This document shows positions 8,896-18,300 of a stretch of DNA of 64,000 bases, one piece after another. This stretch comes from an uncultured virus (IMG/VR IMGVR_UViG_3300005549_000001) (taxonomy: Duplodnaviria; Heunggongvirae; Uroviricota; Caudoviricetes), in IMG/VR virus record IMGVR_UViG_3300005549_000001; one strand, 5' to 3'. How positions within the stretch are numbered: the stretch's first letter is position 1; each line of letters starts with the position of its first letter. The position numbers and the translations under genes are program-made. The notes beneath the pieces are model-generated. The model was not told the origin of the DNA and did not search any database. It saw only the letters and a program-made list of their open reading frames with translations.

Positions 8896-10997
8896 TGCCC
8901 AAGACCTGGTACATGACCAATGCCACGGGCAACGGCTACCAGGAGCTGTCCGAGACGGCGCCGGGAAGCGGGACCAGCAGTCCCAACGTCGGCTGGACCG
9001 TTGCGAAGGTCGCGGCGAGCAACTTCTCGGACCTGCAGGCCGGGACCGAGCGAGCTTCGGGAACGTTCGGCGCGACAGTGCTGCCCGGGACGACCTTCGT
9101 AACGTCGCGCGGCTTCCGCACCGACGCCTTCACCATCAGCTTCACGAGCGCCAACTGGACCTTCACGTTCGAGGTCACGGCCGTCAGCGCCGCGGCGGGT
9201 CAGGACGGGCGCTTTGGGCTGCGCATGTGGCGGAGCGTGAACGCAGACGGCACGAGCGCGACGCAGATAACGAGCGCGCGGCAGGTAACGACGAGCTTCA
9301 CGGACCTGGGGACGGGGGCGACGACCGAGATCAGCGTCACCTTCAACCCCGGAGCGTTCTCGCTCGCGAACGAGTTCTTATTCGTCGCACTAGCCCACGA
9401 GATCACGGGCGCCTCGACGAGCAACAGCGCCGACGTAATCCTCCGCATCGGAGCGAATGAGACGCGCATCGTCTCGGCCCCGTTCGCTCAGACCGTGAGC
9501 CCGTCGGACTCGGTCTCGGTGACCGACGCAATAGCGCGCACGGCCACCTTCGGTAGGACGCCGTCGGACTCGGTGAGCGTCACGGACGCGACGACGCGCT
9601 CAACGAACACCTCGCGATCTCTAAGCGACTCCATCAGTGCCACTGACACGTCGAAGATCAACCTGACGAGAACTCAGGCGATCAACGACACGATCACGGT
9701 GTCGGATAGTTCCGCGTCGTCGGCCTCCTTCGGGCGCATCACGAGCGACTCCGCAAGCGTCTCCGACTCGGTCACGGCGGAGATCTTCACGAGCGGCATC
9801 AGCGTCGACGTCAGCGACTCCATCAGCGTCACCGACGCGACGAGCCGGACCGCGGATTTCGGGCGTAGCGGCTCGGACAGCGCGAGCGCGACCGACTCGT
9901 CGACGATCAACCTCACGCGCGACCAGGCCGTCAGCGACACGATCACCGTCGGCGACAACTCCGCGACGGCGGCGAGCTACGAGAGGCTGCTCTCTGATTC
10001 CGCGACCGTCACCGACTCCGTCTCGGTATCGACCGCACTCGCGATCTTCGCGAGTGATGCAATCTCTGTTTCAGACTCGTCGACGATCAATCTGACGCGG
10101 GATCAGTCCGTCAGCGACACCATCACCGTCGGCGACGACGCCTCGACCGCGGCGGAGTACGCGCGCTCGGTATCGGACGCCGTCTCGGCAATAGATTCGG
10201 TGACGGCGCAAATCTCGGCTGCTGCCATCGAGCGCACCGTCAGCGACGCCATAAATGCGACCGACGCGCTGGTCGTAAACTTCACGCGCAATCAGTCGAT
10301 CGACGACGTCGTCACGGTCGACGACGGGGCTCTGACCGCGGCTAGCTACTCGCGAACGTCGTCAGACGCGGTGTCCGTCACTGATTCAGTCACGGCTCAG
10401 ATCGTCGGCCTTATCACCGTCGAGCTCTCGGACTCGATCTCCATCACCGACGCACTCGCGGTGCAAAAAATCGGCGTGCATGATGTCGTGGGAGGCGACG
10501 TTATCGGAGTCGGCGACTCGACGAGCGTGGACGTCATTCGGCCGCGTCCCCCCGTCCCGCCGAAGCCTCCGAAGCCAAAGCCGAAGAAGAGGCCCAGCCA
10601 ACCCTCCACGTCGTTCAGCGGCGGCAGCGCCTCCGCCGGGCTCGGTGCTGACTTCCTGCTCAATAACCTCCTAGAACAGCTAGCGAACGACGTCTGCGAG
10701 CCCTCGGCACCACTGGTCGTCGTCGAGCAACCGCAGCGTTTCAGACCACCTCCTCCGCGCGAGGTGCCCCGCCAGCTCGTCTACATCGACAACGTCGATC
10801 AAAGCCAAAGGCACACGCACAACTTCGTCGAGAACGACCAGCGCGTGATGAACTTCAATTTCGCGCCGCTTGAAGACAGTACGCTGAGGACCGTCCTCCT
10901 CATCGCGCTCGGCGTCGGGCTCGCCGCGCTCATCTGGTCGATAGCTACTGCTTCGCAGCGACCTGCTCGTCCACCCAGGCGCGAAGACGCTCCTTGA
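8895..10997 (+). CDS. Large surface protein: beta domain, Ser/Asp/Thr repeat stalk, Pro-rich linker and C-terminal TM anchor
   Basis: More than 15 repeats of the type SDSVSVTD / SDTITVGD; PPVPPKPPKPKP linker; TVLLIALGVGLAALIWSI helix. Confidence 0.7.
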   Translation: MPKTWYMTNATGNGYQELSETAPGSGTSSPNVGWTVAKVAASNFSDLQAGTERASGTFGATVLPGTTFVTSRGFRTDAFTISFTSANWTFTFEVTAVSAAAGQDGRFGLRMWRSVNADGTSATQITSARQVTTSFTDLGTGATTEISVTFNPGAFSLANEFLFVALAHEITGASTSNSADVILRIGANETRIVSAPFAQTVSPSDSVSVTDAIARTATFGRTPSDSVSVTDATTRSTNTSRSLSDSISATDTSKINLTRTQAINDTITVSDSSASSASFGRITSDSASVSDSVTAEIFTSGISVDVSDSISVTDATSRTADFGRSGSDSASATDSSTINLTRDQAVSDTITVGDNSATAASYERLLSDSATVTDSVSVSTALAIFASDAISVSDSSTINLTRDQSVSDTITVGDDASTAAEYARSVSDAVSAIDSVTAQISAAAIERTVSDAINATDALVVNFTRNQSIDDVVTVDDGALTAASYSRTSSDAVSVTDSVTAQIVGLITVELSDSISITDALAVQKIGVHDVVGGDVIGVGDSTSVDVIRPRPPVPPKPPKPKPKKRPSQPSTSFSGGSASAGLGADFLLNNLLEQLANDVCEPSAPLVVVEQPQRFRPPPPREVPRQLVYIDNVDQSQRHTHNFVENDQRVMNFNFAPLEDSTLRTVLLIALGVGLAALIWSIATASQRPARPPRREDAP

Positions 10998-11190
10998 GCT
11001 CGTCGGGGAGCTCCGTAGCGAGCAGCCCCGTACCGGAGGCTCCGCTGTAAGTAATATGGGCGCTCTGCAATGCTCTTCCTTGCTTCGGTCGAGCCTTGGC
11101 TCCTTTGGCAGACACTGCAGTTCTACGCTGCTCGAGTTTTTTCACTGCCTCGTTGATGGGTCCCTCGAATTCGATGGATAGGCGCAGCAT
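10945..11190 (-). CDS. Hypothetical protein
   Basis: AGGAG RBS; converges on and overlaps the 3' end of the plus-strand island. Confidence 0.4.
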   Translation of the reverse strand: MLRLSIEFEGPINEAVKKLEQRRTAVSAKGAKARPKQGRALQSAHITYSGASGTGLLATELPDELKERLRAWVDEQVAAKQ

Positions 11191-11205
11191 CTTTTTCTCC
11201 TAGTT

Positions 11206-12963
11206 TCAAACGAAGGTCGGGTTGCCGAGCTCCAGCAAGTGGACGTAGGCCAGCGCCTGGGCGGTCGCGTCTCCCGCGGCTCCGGTGAATGTGAAGCGAA
11301 CGACGGCGCCGACGGGCGCCACGGTGATCGTCCAGCCAGTCGCGGGTGACTCATTGTCCGGCGGCGCCGCTGCTGGTGCTCCAACCACGGTGGCGACGCC
11401 GCCGACCATGAAGGCGAGGAAGGAGAAGTCCCACTCGGCCCAAGCCGTCGCCGCCGCGTCCGTGGTCGCGTTGCGGTTGTGGGCAATGAGCTCGACCTTG
11501 AACTTATAGACCTTGTTGTCCTCGAGAACGATCTCTGCGTCGCTGAAGGAGGCGGCGGGAAGGCCTCCGACGCCCAAGTCCACCGGCGCACCCGCGGCGC
11601 TGATGCCGAAGAGACTGACCTCCGTATTCTGCGCGTCACCCTGCACGGTCGACGCCATGAGGCCGTGCGCGTGAGATAAAAAGAAGCGGCCGCGCGCCGA
11701 CGTACCCTCTACATGAGATCCGGTGCCGCCAACGGTCGTGACGAAGTCGCCTGCGACGCTGTTGTTTTGCTGTCCCTCGACGTGCGAGCCGAGCGCTTCG
11801 GCGATGTTGAACGCGCCTTCGGCGTGGGTAAATAGACCAATGGCTTGGTTATTTTGTCCTTCTGCGTGACTGGCGTCGCCGCTCGCCACAGTTGTAGTAC
11901 CCTCTGCGTGAGCACCGATGCCGGAAGCGGTCGTTACCTGACCCTCGGCGTGACTGAAGTCGGCGCTCGCCTGCGTCTGTCCGCCTTCTGAATGGGCCGT
12001 GAAGCCCGAGGCGATCGTATTGTCTCCTTCGGCGTGCGAGGCGAAGCCGGACGCCAACGACGTTCCCTCCGAATGCGAATCGTCACCGGAGGCCGTCGAT
12101 TCATTCTGCGCAAAGGCTTCGAAACCTAGGGCAGAGCTATTGTTAAATGCGGCGCTGATGTCGCCGACCGCGCCCGAAGTGTTCGCAGCGAATGAACCAG
12201 TTCCAATGCTGTCAGCGCTGTTAAACGCAGCTGACACATCACCGGTCGCGTCGCTCTCGTTGCCAGAAAACGAACGTACGCCTGAGGCAGTTCCCGGACC
12301 GATACACGCTGCACCGTCGGCAACGGCATCAGCAGTCAGACCAATGGCAACTGCGCCGTTTCCCTCTGCGACGGAGCTGTTGCCCAGGGCGACCGCGGCA
12401 AACGTGGCGCTCGGATTAGTTTCGTCACCGACTCTGTTCCCCTCACCCGCAGCAAAACCTGCTTGGCTGTGAACCTCGTTGATCTCCCCGCCGGCAATCG
12501 TTCCTACGCGACCTCCCGGACCGACGAAATTGCCGATGCCGCCACCGATGGTACCGTAGTCGGCCTGAACGCCGTCATTCGGGTCCGGCTGAAAAGAAGT
12601 GCGGGTTCCGAGGTTTATGATTCCGGTCTTCGTGTTGTCTATGGGCGACTGCTCGTCCTTGCGATTGGTGCGGCCGTTCTCGCTCGGGTCGCCGCCGTCG
12701 AAGACGAACGCAAACCTCCCTCCTCGGATCCACGCGCTGCCTGCGGGAACCGCGCCCGGACCCGCAGGAAGCGTCGACTGCTTCGACAGCTCGTAGAGCG
12801 TCTGCTCGGAGATGACATACGCGAGCGTGCCGTCGGGGAAGTTTTGAGTGTGCAATGCGGCAAGAGCTTCCAGGTCGGGCACCACGATGAAGAACCCGAA
12901 AGACGCGCCGGAAGGGGCTCCCCGACCCGAACCGCATGACGTACTACATGTAGGCGTCGACAT
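11206..12963 (-). CDS. Fibre/spike protein with YadA-head-like beta-roll repeats
   Basis: About 14-aa repeats ASG..SHAEG / SAAFN / AVALG, plus a C-terminal beta domain. Confidence 0.7.
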   Translation of the reverse strand: MSTPTCSTSCGSGRGAPSGASFGFFIVVPDLEALAALHTQNFPDGTLAYVISEQTLYELSKQSTLPAGPGAVPAGSAWIRGGRFAFVFDGGDPSENGRTNRKDEQSPIDNTKTGIINLGTRTSFQPDPNDGVQADYGTIGGGIGNFVGPGGRVGTIAGGEINEVHSQAGFAAGEGNRVGDETNPSATFAAVALGNSSVAEGNGAVAIGLTADAVADGAACIGPGTASGVRSFSGNESDATGDVSAAFNSADSIGTGSFAANTSGAVGDISAAFNNSSALGFEAFAQNESTASGDDSHSEGTSLASGFASHAEGDNTIASGFTAHSEGGQTQASADFSHAEGQVTTASGIGAHAEGTTTVASGDASHAEGQNNQAIGLFTHAEGAFNIAEALGSHVEGQQNNSVAGDFVTTVGGTGSHVEGTSARGRFFLSHAHGLMASTVQGDAQNTEVSLFGISAAGAPVDLGVGGLPAASFSDAEIVLEDNKVYKFKVELIAHNRNATTDAAATAWAEWDFSFLAFMVGGVATVVGAPAAAPPDNESPATGWTITVAPVGAVVRFTFTGAAGDATAQALAYVHLLELGNPTFV

Positions 12964-12966
12964 CTC

Positions 12967-13605
12967 TCACCTCTTGACCTTCAGTGTACCCCAAAAAAGT
13001 GCCACGCCGGCGCCGATGATGAGCAGGGGCGGCAGGAGGCTCCGCACGCTGATTCCGCGCTCTATCGGCGCCGACTCGCCGAGGGCCCGAGCTATTCTCG
13101 ACAAACAGCCGGAGAGGAGCCCGGTGTACTCCTCGAGCGGCAGCGCGAAGTAGCCCGTAGCCTTGAGGGAGGACGCGAACGAAGAGGGATTTCCGGAGTT
13201 GGCCGCGGAGAGCGTGGCAGACCCTCCTCGGCCCTTGTAGACGCGCCGGACGAGCGCGCGAAAACCCTCGGCCGCCGACTCGTAGCGAACGAAGCAGGCC
13301 TGATACTGCGTGCGATCCTCTCTCGTGTCGGTCGCCTCGAAGCAGGTCGGCGGGCACGGCGGTTCTTCGCGGCAGTGCTGAGCGCCCATGTTGTGCGTGC
13401 CGGTAATGCGCTCGCCGGTCACGACGTTGCGGTACGACGTCGCGTCGTACGCGCCGCCCGTCTCGACGCACGCGATGCCCTGGACGAACTGCGCCTCGTA
13501 GAGCGTTGGCTCTCGACTGAACTCGGCTCGGAAGGCCTCGACGATCGCGTCGCGCGCCTCGGCGTGCGTCGATGGACTGGAAGGCGAACCGAGCCAGGTG
13601 ATCAC
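12967..13605 (-). CDS. Membrane-anchored glucosaminidase/FlgJ-like (GH73) peptidoglycan hydrolase, WLG-tagged
   Basis: GTGA-coupled start (M)ITWLGS; IACVETG, HNMG, FVRYESAAEG, LKATGYF; C-terminal LLPPLLIIGAGVALFW. Confidence 0.7.
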   Translation of the reverse strand: MITWLGSPSSPSTHAEARDAIVEAFRAEFSREPTLYEAQFVQGIACVETGGAYDATSYRNVVTGERITGTHNMGAQHCREEPPCPPTCFEATDTREDRTQYQACFVRYESAAEGFRALVRRVYKGRGGSATLSAANSGNPSSFASSLKATGYFALPLEEYTGLLSGCLSRIARALGESAPIERGISVRSLLPPLLIIGAGVALFWGTLKVKR

Positions 13606-14063
13606 TTGCGCCAAAGGTACCAGACGGCGGCGACCGCTGCTGCGCCGACCACGAGCCAGGGAAAACGAGTTCCACCCGCTCCGACGCCGCGCTGAGCCTG
13701 GAGCAGGTAGTCGTACGGATCGACCGTCTCTCCCTGCGGAGTGGCCACTTGAAAGTGGAGGTGCTGCGGGCCGCCAGAAGCGTTGCCCGTGTTGCCCATG
13801 TATCCGATCACTTCCCCCGCGCGCACCCTCCTCGGAAAGACTCCCTCGTAGCTGGACAGGTGGGCATAGTAGTAGCTCCAGCCGCTGTCTGCCTTCAGGT
13901 ACACGACCAGTCCTCCCCGCGGATCGTCGTCGGTCCTGGCGGAGCCGGTCTCCACGGCGATGATCGGTGCGTGCTCCGCGGAGAAGATGTCGGTGCCGAG
14001 GTGCGAGGCGCTGAAGCGCCGGGAAAAGGTCGCCCCTGCGCCGACGGGGAAGGCCTGCAACAT
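13602..14063 (-). CDS. M23 metallopeptidase with C-terminal TM anchor
   Basis: HLGTD, YYYAHL, GYMGNTG, HLHF, VDPY; WLVVGAAAVAAVWYLW. Confidence 0.9.
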   Translation of the reverse strand: MLQAFPVGAGATFSRRFSASHLGTDIFSAEHAPIIAVETGSARTDDDPRGGLVVYLKADSGWSYYYAHLSSYEGVFPRRVRAGEVIGYMGNTGNASGGPQHLHFQVATPQGETVDPYDYLLQAQRGVGAGGTRFPWLVVGAAAVAAVWYLWRK

Positions 14064-14065
14064 GC

Positions 14066-14611
14066 TCAGTAGACGGTCGCGGTCGCGAACCCCCCGGGCA
14101 CGCTCGCGCTGAACGGAACGAAGACCTCTCCACTCGGCACGAATCCGTCGCGGGGAACGACCGTGATGTTGTAGGGCGACTCACAAGATATGTAGACGTC
14201 GTGCGTGTGCGGCTTGCCGCCGGCGCGCGCATCGACCGTCGTGCGCTTCATCACGTAGCCGCCACCGCGAAGAACGACGAGGTCCTCGGCCGAGAGCTCG
14301 ACCGAGTGCGAGTGCTCGTTGTCGCGCGTTGTGTAGTAAATCCGCGGCAGCACGGGGAACGGCTCGTAACCGAAGCTCACCGGGTAGCCGCGCACCGTGT
14401 CGAGGGCGACGAGCAGCCTGTGCGAGTGGTCGACGTGGTAGGTCACCGCAGTCGAGCAGAGGCGCGGCGGCCGTCGCAGCCTTCGAAAGCGCGGCTCGAT
14501 GACCAGGTTGATGGGCGGCAGCGCCTCCGCGCGCACGAATGACCGCCTGACGTTGCTGCTCACGATGAGCTGACCGACGTTTCCTTCGAAGAGCTGGGAG
14601 TACGCGTGCAT
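14066..14611 (-). CDS. Hypothetical protein with His-rich motifs
   Basis: HSH/HTH repeats (DHSHRL, EHSHSV, PHTHDV); packed between neighbours. Confidence 0.5.
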   Translation of the reverse strand: MHAYSQLFEGNVGQLIVSSNVRRSFVRAEALPPINLVIEPRFRRLRRPPRLCSTAVTYHVDHSHRLLVALDTVRGYPVSFGYEPFPVLPRIYYTTRDNEHSHSVELSAEDLVVLRGGGYVMKRTTVDARAGGKPHTHDVYISCESPYNITVVPRDGFVPSGEVFVPFSASVPGGFATATVY

Positions 14612-14614
14612 CTT

Positions 14615-15232
14615 TCACTTCCTCGCTTTTGCGACTGCCGCGATCGTCCTCACCAGAGCGAGTGCGAGAAAGATGGCGGTGATGGGGTGGTCTTCAATCG
14701 CCTGAGCTAGAGTAGCCGGCTTCGCCGCGGTCGGCGCTGGTGCCGGAGCGGGGGGAGCGGTCGGCGCCGGGGGCGGCGACGTCAGGGGCACAGCCGGGGG
14801 GCGCATAGTCGGCGCCGGAGGCGCGGCGGACGGCTGCGGTATGCCCATCGGGCACTCCGCGGGCCACCACGGCACGAGCGCCCACGACGGCAGCTGCACG
14901 CCCGGCAGCGGCGGCCAGGGCAGGCCCGTCTGCCACCAGAAGGCGGGTGCCGGCGGGGGCCAGGGCAGTCCCGTGCCGGCCCAGCAGGGCGGCGAGAGCG
15001 GCCAGGGACCCTGCCAGCCGGGTGGCGCCGGTGGAGGCGGTGGATTCGGCCAGGCGACGAGGTCGGGCCACCCTGTGGGCTTGGGCGGCGGCCAGGGACG
15101 CGAGCTCGGCCAGCCGAAGGGTGCCGAACCGTCCGGCGCCGGCGAGGGTGGGAAGGGCACGTCCGGAGGCCAGTCCGCGGGACGCGGCGGCAGTGCGGGC
15201 AGGAGAGGCACTTGACCGAGCCAGGTGATCAT
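14615..15232 (-). CDS. Pro/Trp-rich membrane protein, WLG-tagged
   Basis: ATGA-coupled start MITWLGQ; repeated WP(P)n; C-terminal ITAIFLALALVRTIAAV. Confidence 0.65.
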   Translation of the reverse strand: MITWLGQVPLLPALPPRPADWPPDVPFPPSPAPDGSAPFGWPSSRPWPPPKPTGWPDLVAWPNPPPPPAPPGWQGPWPLSPPCWAGTGLPWPPPAPAFWWQTGLPWPPLPGVQLPSWALVPWWPAECPMGIPQPSAAPPAPTMRPPAVPLTSPPPAPTAPPAPAPAPTAAKPATLAQAIEDHPITAIFLALALVRTIAAVAKARK

Positions 15233-15465
15233 AGCTGCCTCGTCAATTCCCACCTCGAGCCGGTCCAGCTCCACAGGCGAAAGATCCTGCCGTACGCGAA
15301 GTAGCGCACCTTCACGGCGCCGAGCTCGGTGAGCGCGTCGCGCTCGTCGAGCACGAGCACCTCACGCTGCCCGTAGATCTGGCGCCACGAGCCGGTGAAC
15401 TCCCACACGTCGACGTAGCGGTACTGACGACCGACGCCGAAGAATCCTTCCTGCGAGAGCATCAC
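15229..15465 (-). CDS. Small aromatic-rich protein
   Basis: Coupled on both sides; internal repeat VWEFTGSW / LWSWTGSRW. Confidence 0.5.
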   Translation of the reverse strand: MMLSQEGFFGVGRQYRYVDVWEFTGSWRQIYGQREVLVLDERDALTELGAVKVRYFAYGRIFRLWSWTGSRWELTRQL

Positions 15466-16178
15466 GTGAAGAACACCAGCGCAACAACGGCTGCGATCGC
15501 ACCACCAAGTACGAACAGTCCCAAGGAATTAGAGCGAGGTTGAAGAGCCGCCCCGGGCGGAGGAGGAGAAACCCGGGGCAGCTCCTCAGGCGGATGTGGC
15601 GGCTGATTTTCAACCCGCTCCGGAACAGCTGTGCGCCTCGACGGCGCACGCAGCCCGGGCACCCTGCGCGGCGGAGGCGGCGCCTCGACCACAGGGACGC
15701 CGCTTCCGAAGTTTTGCACCCAATAGTGCTTGTACCTGCCGCTCTCGGTCTTGTAGTAGCCCACGCCAATCTGCGTGAGCGCGGGGTTCATGATGTTGTC
15801 GCAGTGGTGCTCGCTCTTCATCCAGTCGTCGACGACTTTCTCTGCTGTCGGCTGCCCGGCGGAGATGTTCTCCGCCATTGTGGTGCCTCGAAAGCCGGCC
15901 GCCTGCATGCGCTCGGCAGGGCTCCTGCCCTCGGGCGTGAAGTGGTCGAAGTAGTTTCGCTCCGCCATGTCCTCGGCGTGGAGTCTCGCGGACTTCGTCA
16001 GCTGCTGCTGGCGCGTGAGCGGCGGCGCCGGACCCAAGCGTCTGGTCCCGCACGTCGCCCCCGCGGCGCGGCGCTGGTTGACGAGTTCGATGACCTCGCA
16101 CTCGAGCCTCTGCCACTCGGCGCGCCACGCGGTGCCGTCACTGCCGCACGCGGGCGCTCCGAGCCAGGTCAGGTTCAT
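15462..16178 (-). CDS. CAP/SCP (YkwD-like) domain protein with TM anchor, WLG-tagged
   Basis: MNLTWLGA; LVNQRRA, HAEDMA..NYFDH, AENISAG, WMKSEHHCDNIM, IGVG, WVQNFG; C-terminal helix. Confidence 0.85.
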   Translation of the reverse strand: MNLTWLGAPACGSDGTAWRAEWQRLECEVIELVNQRRAAGATCGTRRLGPAPPLTRQQQLTKSARLHAEDMAERNYFDHFTPEGRSPAERMQAAGFRGTTMAENISAGQPTAEKVVDDWMKSEHHCDNIMNPALTQIGVGYYKTESGRYKHYWVQNFGSGVPVVEAPPPPRRVPGLRAPSRRTAVPERVENQPPHPPEELPRVSPPPPGAALQPRSNSLGLFVLGGAIAAVVALVFFT

Positions 16179-17215
16179 GAGAGGAAGTAGTAGGCTGCCG
16201 CCGCAACAACCGCGGCTCCGATGAGAATCGGCGCAGCAGAAGACTTCTTCGCCTGCGCAATAGGCGTGGGACGCGGCGGCGGCAGCTCCCCCGGGGGAAT
16301 CTCTGCAGGCGGAGTCACCGGCGGCACGCTCGGCTGGCAGTCAGGAGTAGCCTCCCAATCACCGAGCTCGGCGGGCGCCTTGAGCGCCGTCCAGCAGACG
16401 TAGTTCGCGGCGCGGTTGTCGCCGGTCCAGCCGCGTTCACGACAGTACTTGACAATGCCGCGTTGCTCGGGCGTGAGGCACGCGGGCGGCGCGGGGACCG
16501 TGGCCGGCGGATCGCAGAGGGGCAGGTCGAAGTAGCCAGCCTCGAGCGTCTGCCGACAGAAGTTTCGAAGTGCGAGAATGTCGACGCCCTGCACGAGCTC
16601 GGGTGGACCGATGTAGTCGCCCCTCGCGTCGAAGTAGAAGCAGGGCTGCGCGGCGATCACCTGCTGCGGGCTCAGGCACTCGCCCGGCGCGGGCGGTGGT
16701 ATCGGCGCTGCGACGGGCTCGCACTGCTTTGTCGTGCGGTTCCTCACCTGTCCCGGCGGGCAATTCGCCCAGCAAATTCCGGTATCGGTATCACGCACTG
16801 TATTCGGAGGGCACACATAGGGTACGCATCCCGTACCTGCTCCTGCACCCAAGATCTGATCGGGAGGGCACACGCGTCCTGCGGCGCCGACATCTCGGCA
16901 CTTTACGCTCCTCGACGCCGTGTCCCAGTAGGCTTCTTTGCCCGGACCGCAAAGGATATTCGTCTCCTGGAGACACTCTCCAGTGGAGGCAATACGAACG
17001 CTACCCGCAGGGCAGTTCACGGGTACGCAGCCGTTCGGTCCGACCGCCTGCCCCGGGCACTGCCCTATCCTGATTCCCCCGGCCGTGGGTATGTCACGGC
17101 AGCGAATCTCTTGGCGCTGAGGATCCCAAAAGGCCTCGAGGTCGGGACCGCAAGAAGCGTCTTGCCCCAGCGTTCCCCTCTCTCTCGCCGAACCGAGCCA
17201 CTGGATCGCCATCAT
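16175..17215 (-). CDS. Cys-rich repeat membrane protein, WLG-tagged
   Basis: Start 17215 or 17212, MAIQWLGSA..TLGQ; duplicated CGP..EA(F/Y)WD....CRD and CP....R...TG.C units; PILIGAAVVAAAAYYF anchor. Confidence 0.65.
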   Translation of the reverse strand: MMAIQWLGSARERGTLGQDASCGPDLEAFWDPQRQEIRCRDIPTAGGIRIGQCPGQAVGPNGCVPVNCPAGSVRIASTGECLQETNILCGPGKEAYWDTASRSVKCRDVGAAGRVCPPDQILGAGAGTGCVPYVCPPNTVRDTDTGICWANCPPGQVRNRTTKQCEPVAAPIPPPAPGECLSPQQVIAAQPCFYFDARGDYIGPPELVQGVDILALRNFCRQTLEAGYFDLPLCDPPATVPAPPACLTPEQRGIVKYCRERGWTGDNRAANYVCWTALKAPAELGDWEATPDCQPSVPPVTPPAEIPPGELPPPRPTPIAQAKKSSAAPILIGAAVVAAAAYYFLS

Positions 17216-18300
17216 GCCACCTGCGTTACCAAGTAGATGCCGCCGAGCGCGGCTGCGGCGAGCAGGAACAGTCCTCCCGCCCCGATTCCGCCCTTCGAGG
17301 TCGTGGTCGACGCGCCCACCCTGCTCGGAGTGACGCGGTCGGGGCACGTCGTCGGCACCGTCATGCCGCCCGGGCACTCGGGAATATCGAAGGGGCTGCC
17401 TGGCCCCTCCGCCGGTACGCCCTGCACGAGCGTGAGGAAGTAGAGCGCGCCGCACGTGACAGAGTTCCATGTGCCGTCCACGGGGATCGGCACGTAGCCT
17501 CGCGCAGAGAGTTCTCCGTTGATGCGCCGCTGCACCGAGCGCACGGCGTCGCTCACGGCGCCGAACTGGACGACGCACTGCTCGAAGGGGTTTTCCGGGG
17601 GAGCCTGAGGCGGAGGTGGAGTCGGCAGAGGAGCTGCTCCACGGCAGAGACTGTTCAGCTCGGGGTGCGCGAGCACCAAATCGGCGAGCTGCGGGTCGAC
17701 GGTGCCGAGCTCGTTGCGGGCGATTTGGAGCAGCCTGTCGCACGTCGCCTGATCAAGGACACCGTCGTCGCGGACGGTAGGGAGATTGTTTCGCGCGAGC
17801 ACCTCGTTCACGAGCACCTGCATCGTGAAGAGGTCGAGATTGAACACTCCCGGAGTCACGGGCGCGGAGGCCTGGCCGAGTGCGCCGCCCTCTTCAGGAA
17901 CGCCGGCTATCACCTGCGACTGAAAACCCTCTTTCGTCACGACGCCGCACCCCGGAGGCCGACCTACGAACACCTTCGTCGCGACGACGACGCTGCCGCG
18001 CAGCATCCTGAGCTCGAGCCCCTCGCCCGGCTCCTGCACGACCGATACGTTCGAGATGATCTGCTGAAATTTTGCCTCTGCCTGCTGCCGCGTCATGATG
18101 CTTGGTCCCGCGCTCCACGAGACGAGCTCGCGGCAGTCGCGGAGCACGCGCACCAGCACGAACCTGTAGTGCGCCGGAGGCTGACGAAGCAGTGGCACGC
18201 CTGGGATCGAAATATCGAGAGGCACGCCGGGGCGCAGGCCCCTCGGCGACCTGAGCGTCACCTGTCCCACCGTCGCCGCGGAGCCGAGCCACTCGATCAT
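17212..18300 (-). CDS. Membrane protein with two peptidoglycan-binding-like (PG_binding_1) domains, WLG-tagged
   Basis: TGATG-coupled start MIEWLGSA; Q..N..L...DG.....T..AL twice; C-terminal anchor. Confidence 0.65.
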   Translation of the reverse strand: MIEWLGSAATVGQVTLRSPRGLRPGVPLDISIPGVPLLRQPPAHYRFVLVRVLRDCRELVSWSAGPSIMTRQQAEAKFQQIISNVSVVQEPGEGLELRMLRGSVVVATKVFVGRPPGCGVVTKEGFQSQVIAGVPEEGGALGQASAPVTPGVFNLDLFTMQVLVNEVLARNNLPTVRDDGVLDQATCDRLLQIARNELGTVDPQLADLVLAHPELNSLCRGAAPLPTPPPPQAPPENPFEQCVVQFGAVSDAVRSVQRRINGELSARGYVPIPVDGTWNSVTCGALYFLTLVQGVPAEGPGSPFDIPECPGGMTVPTTCPDRVTPSRVGASTTTSKGGIGAGGLFLLAAAALGGIYLVTQVA

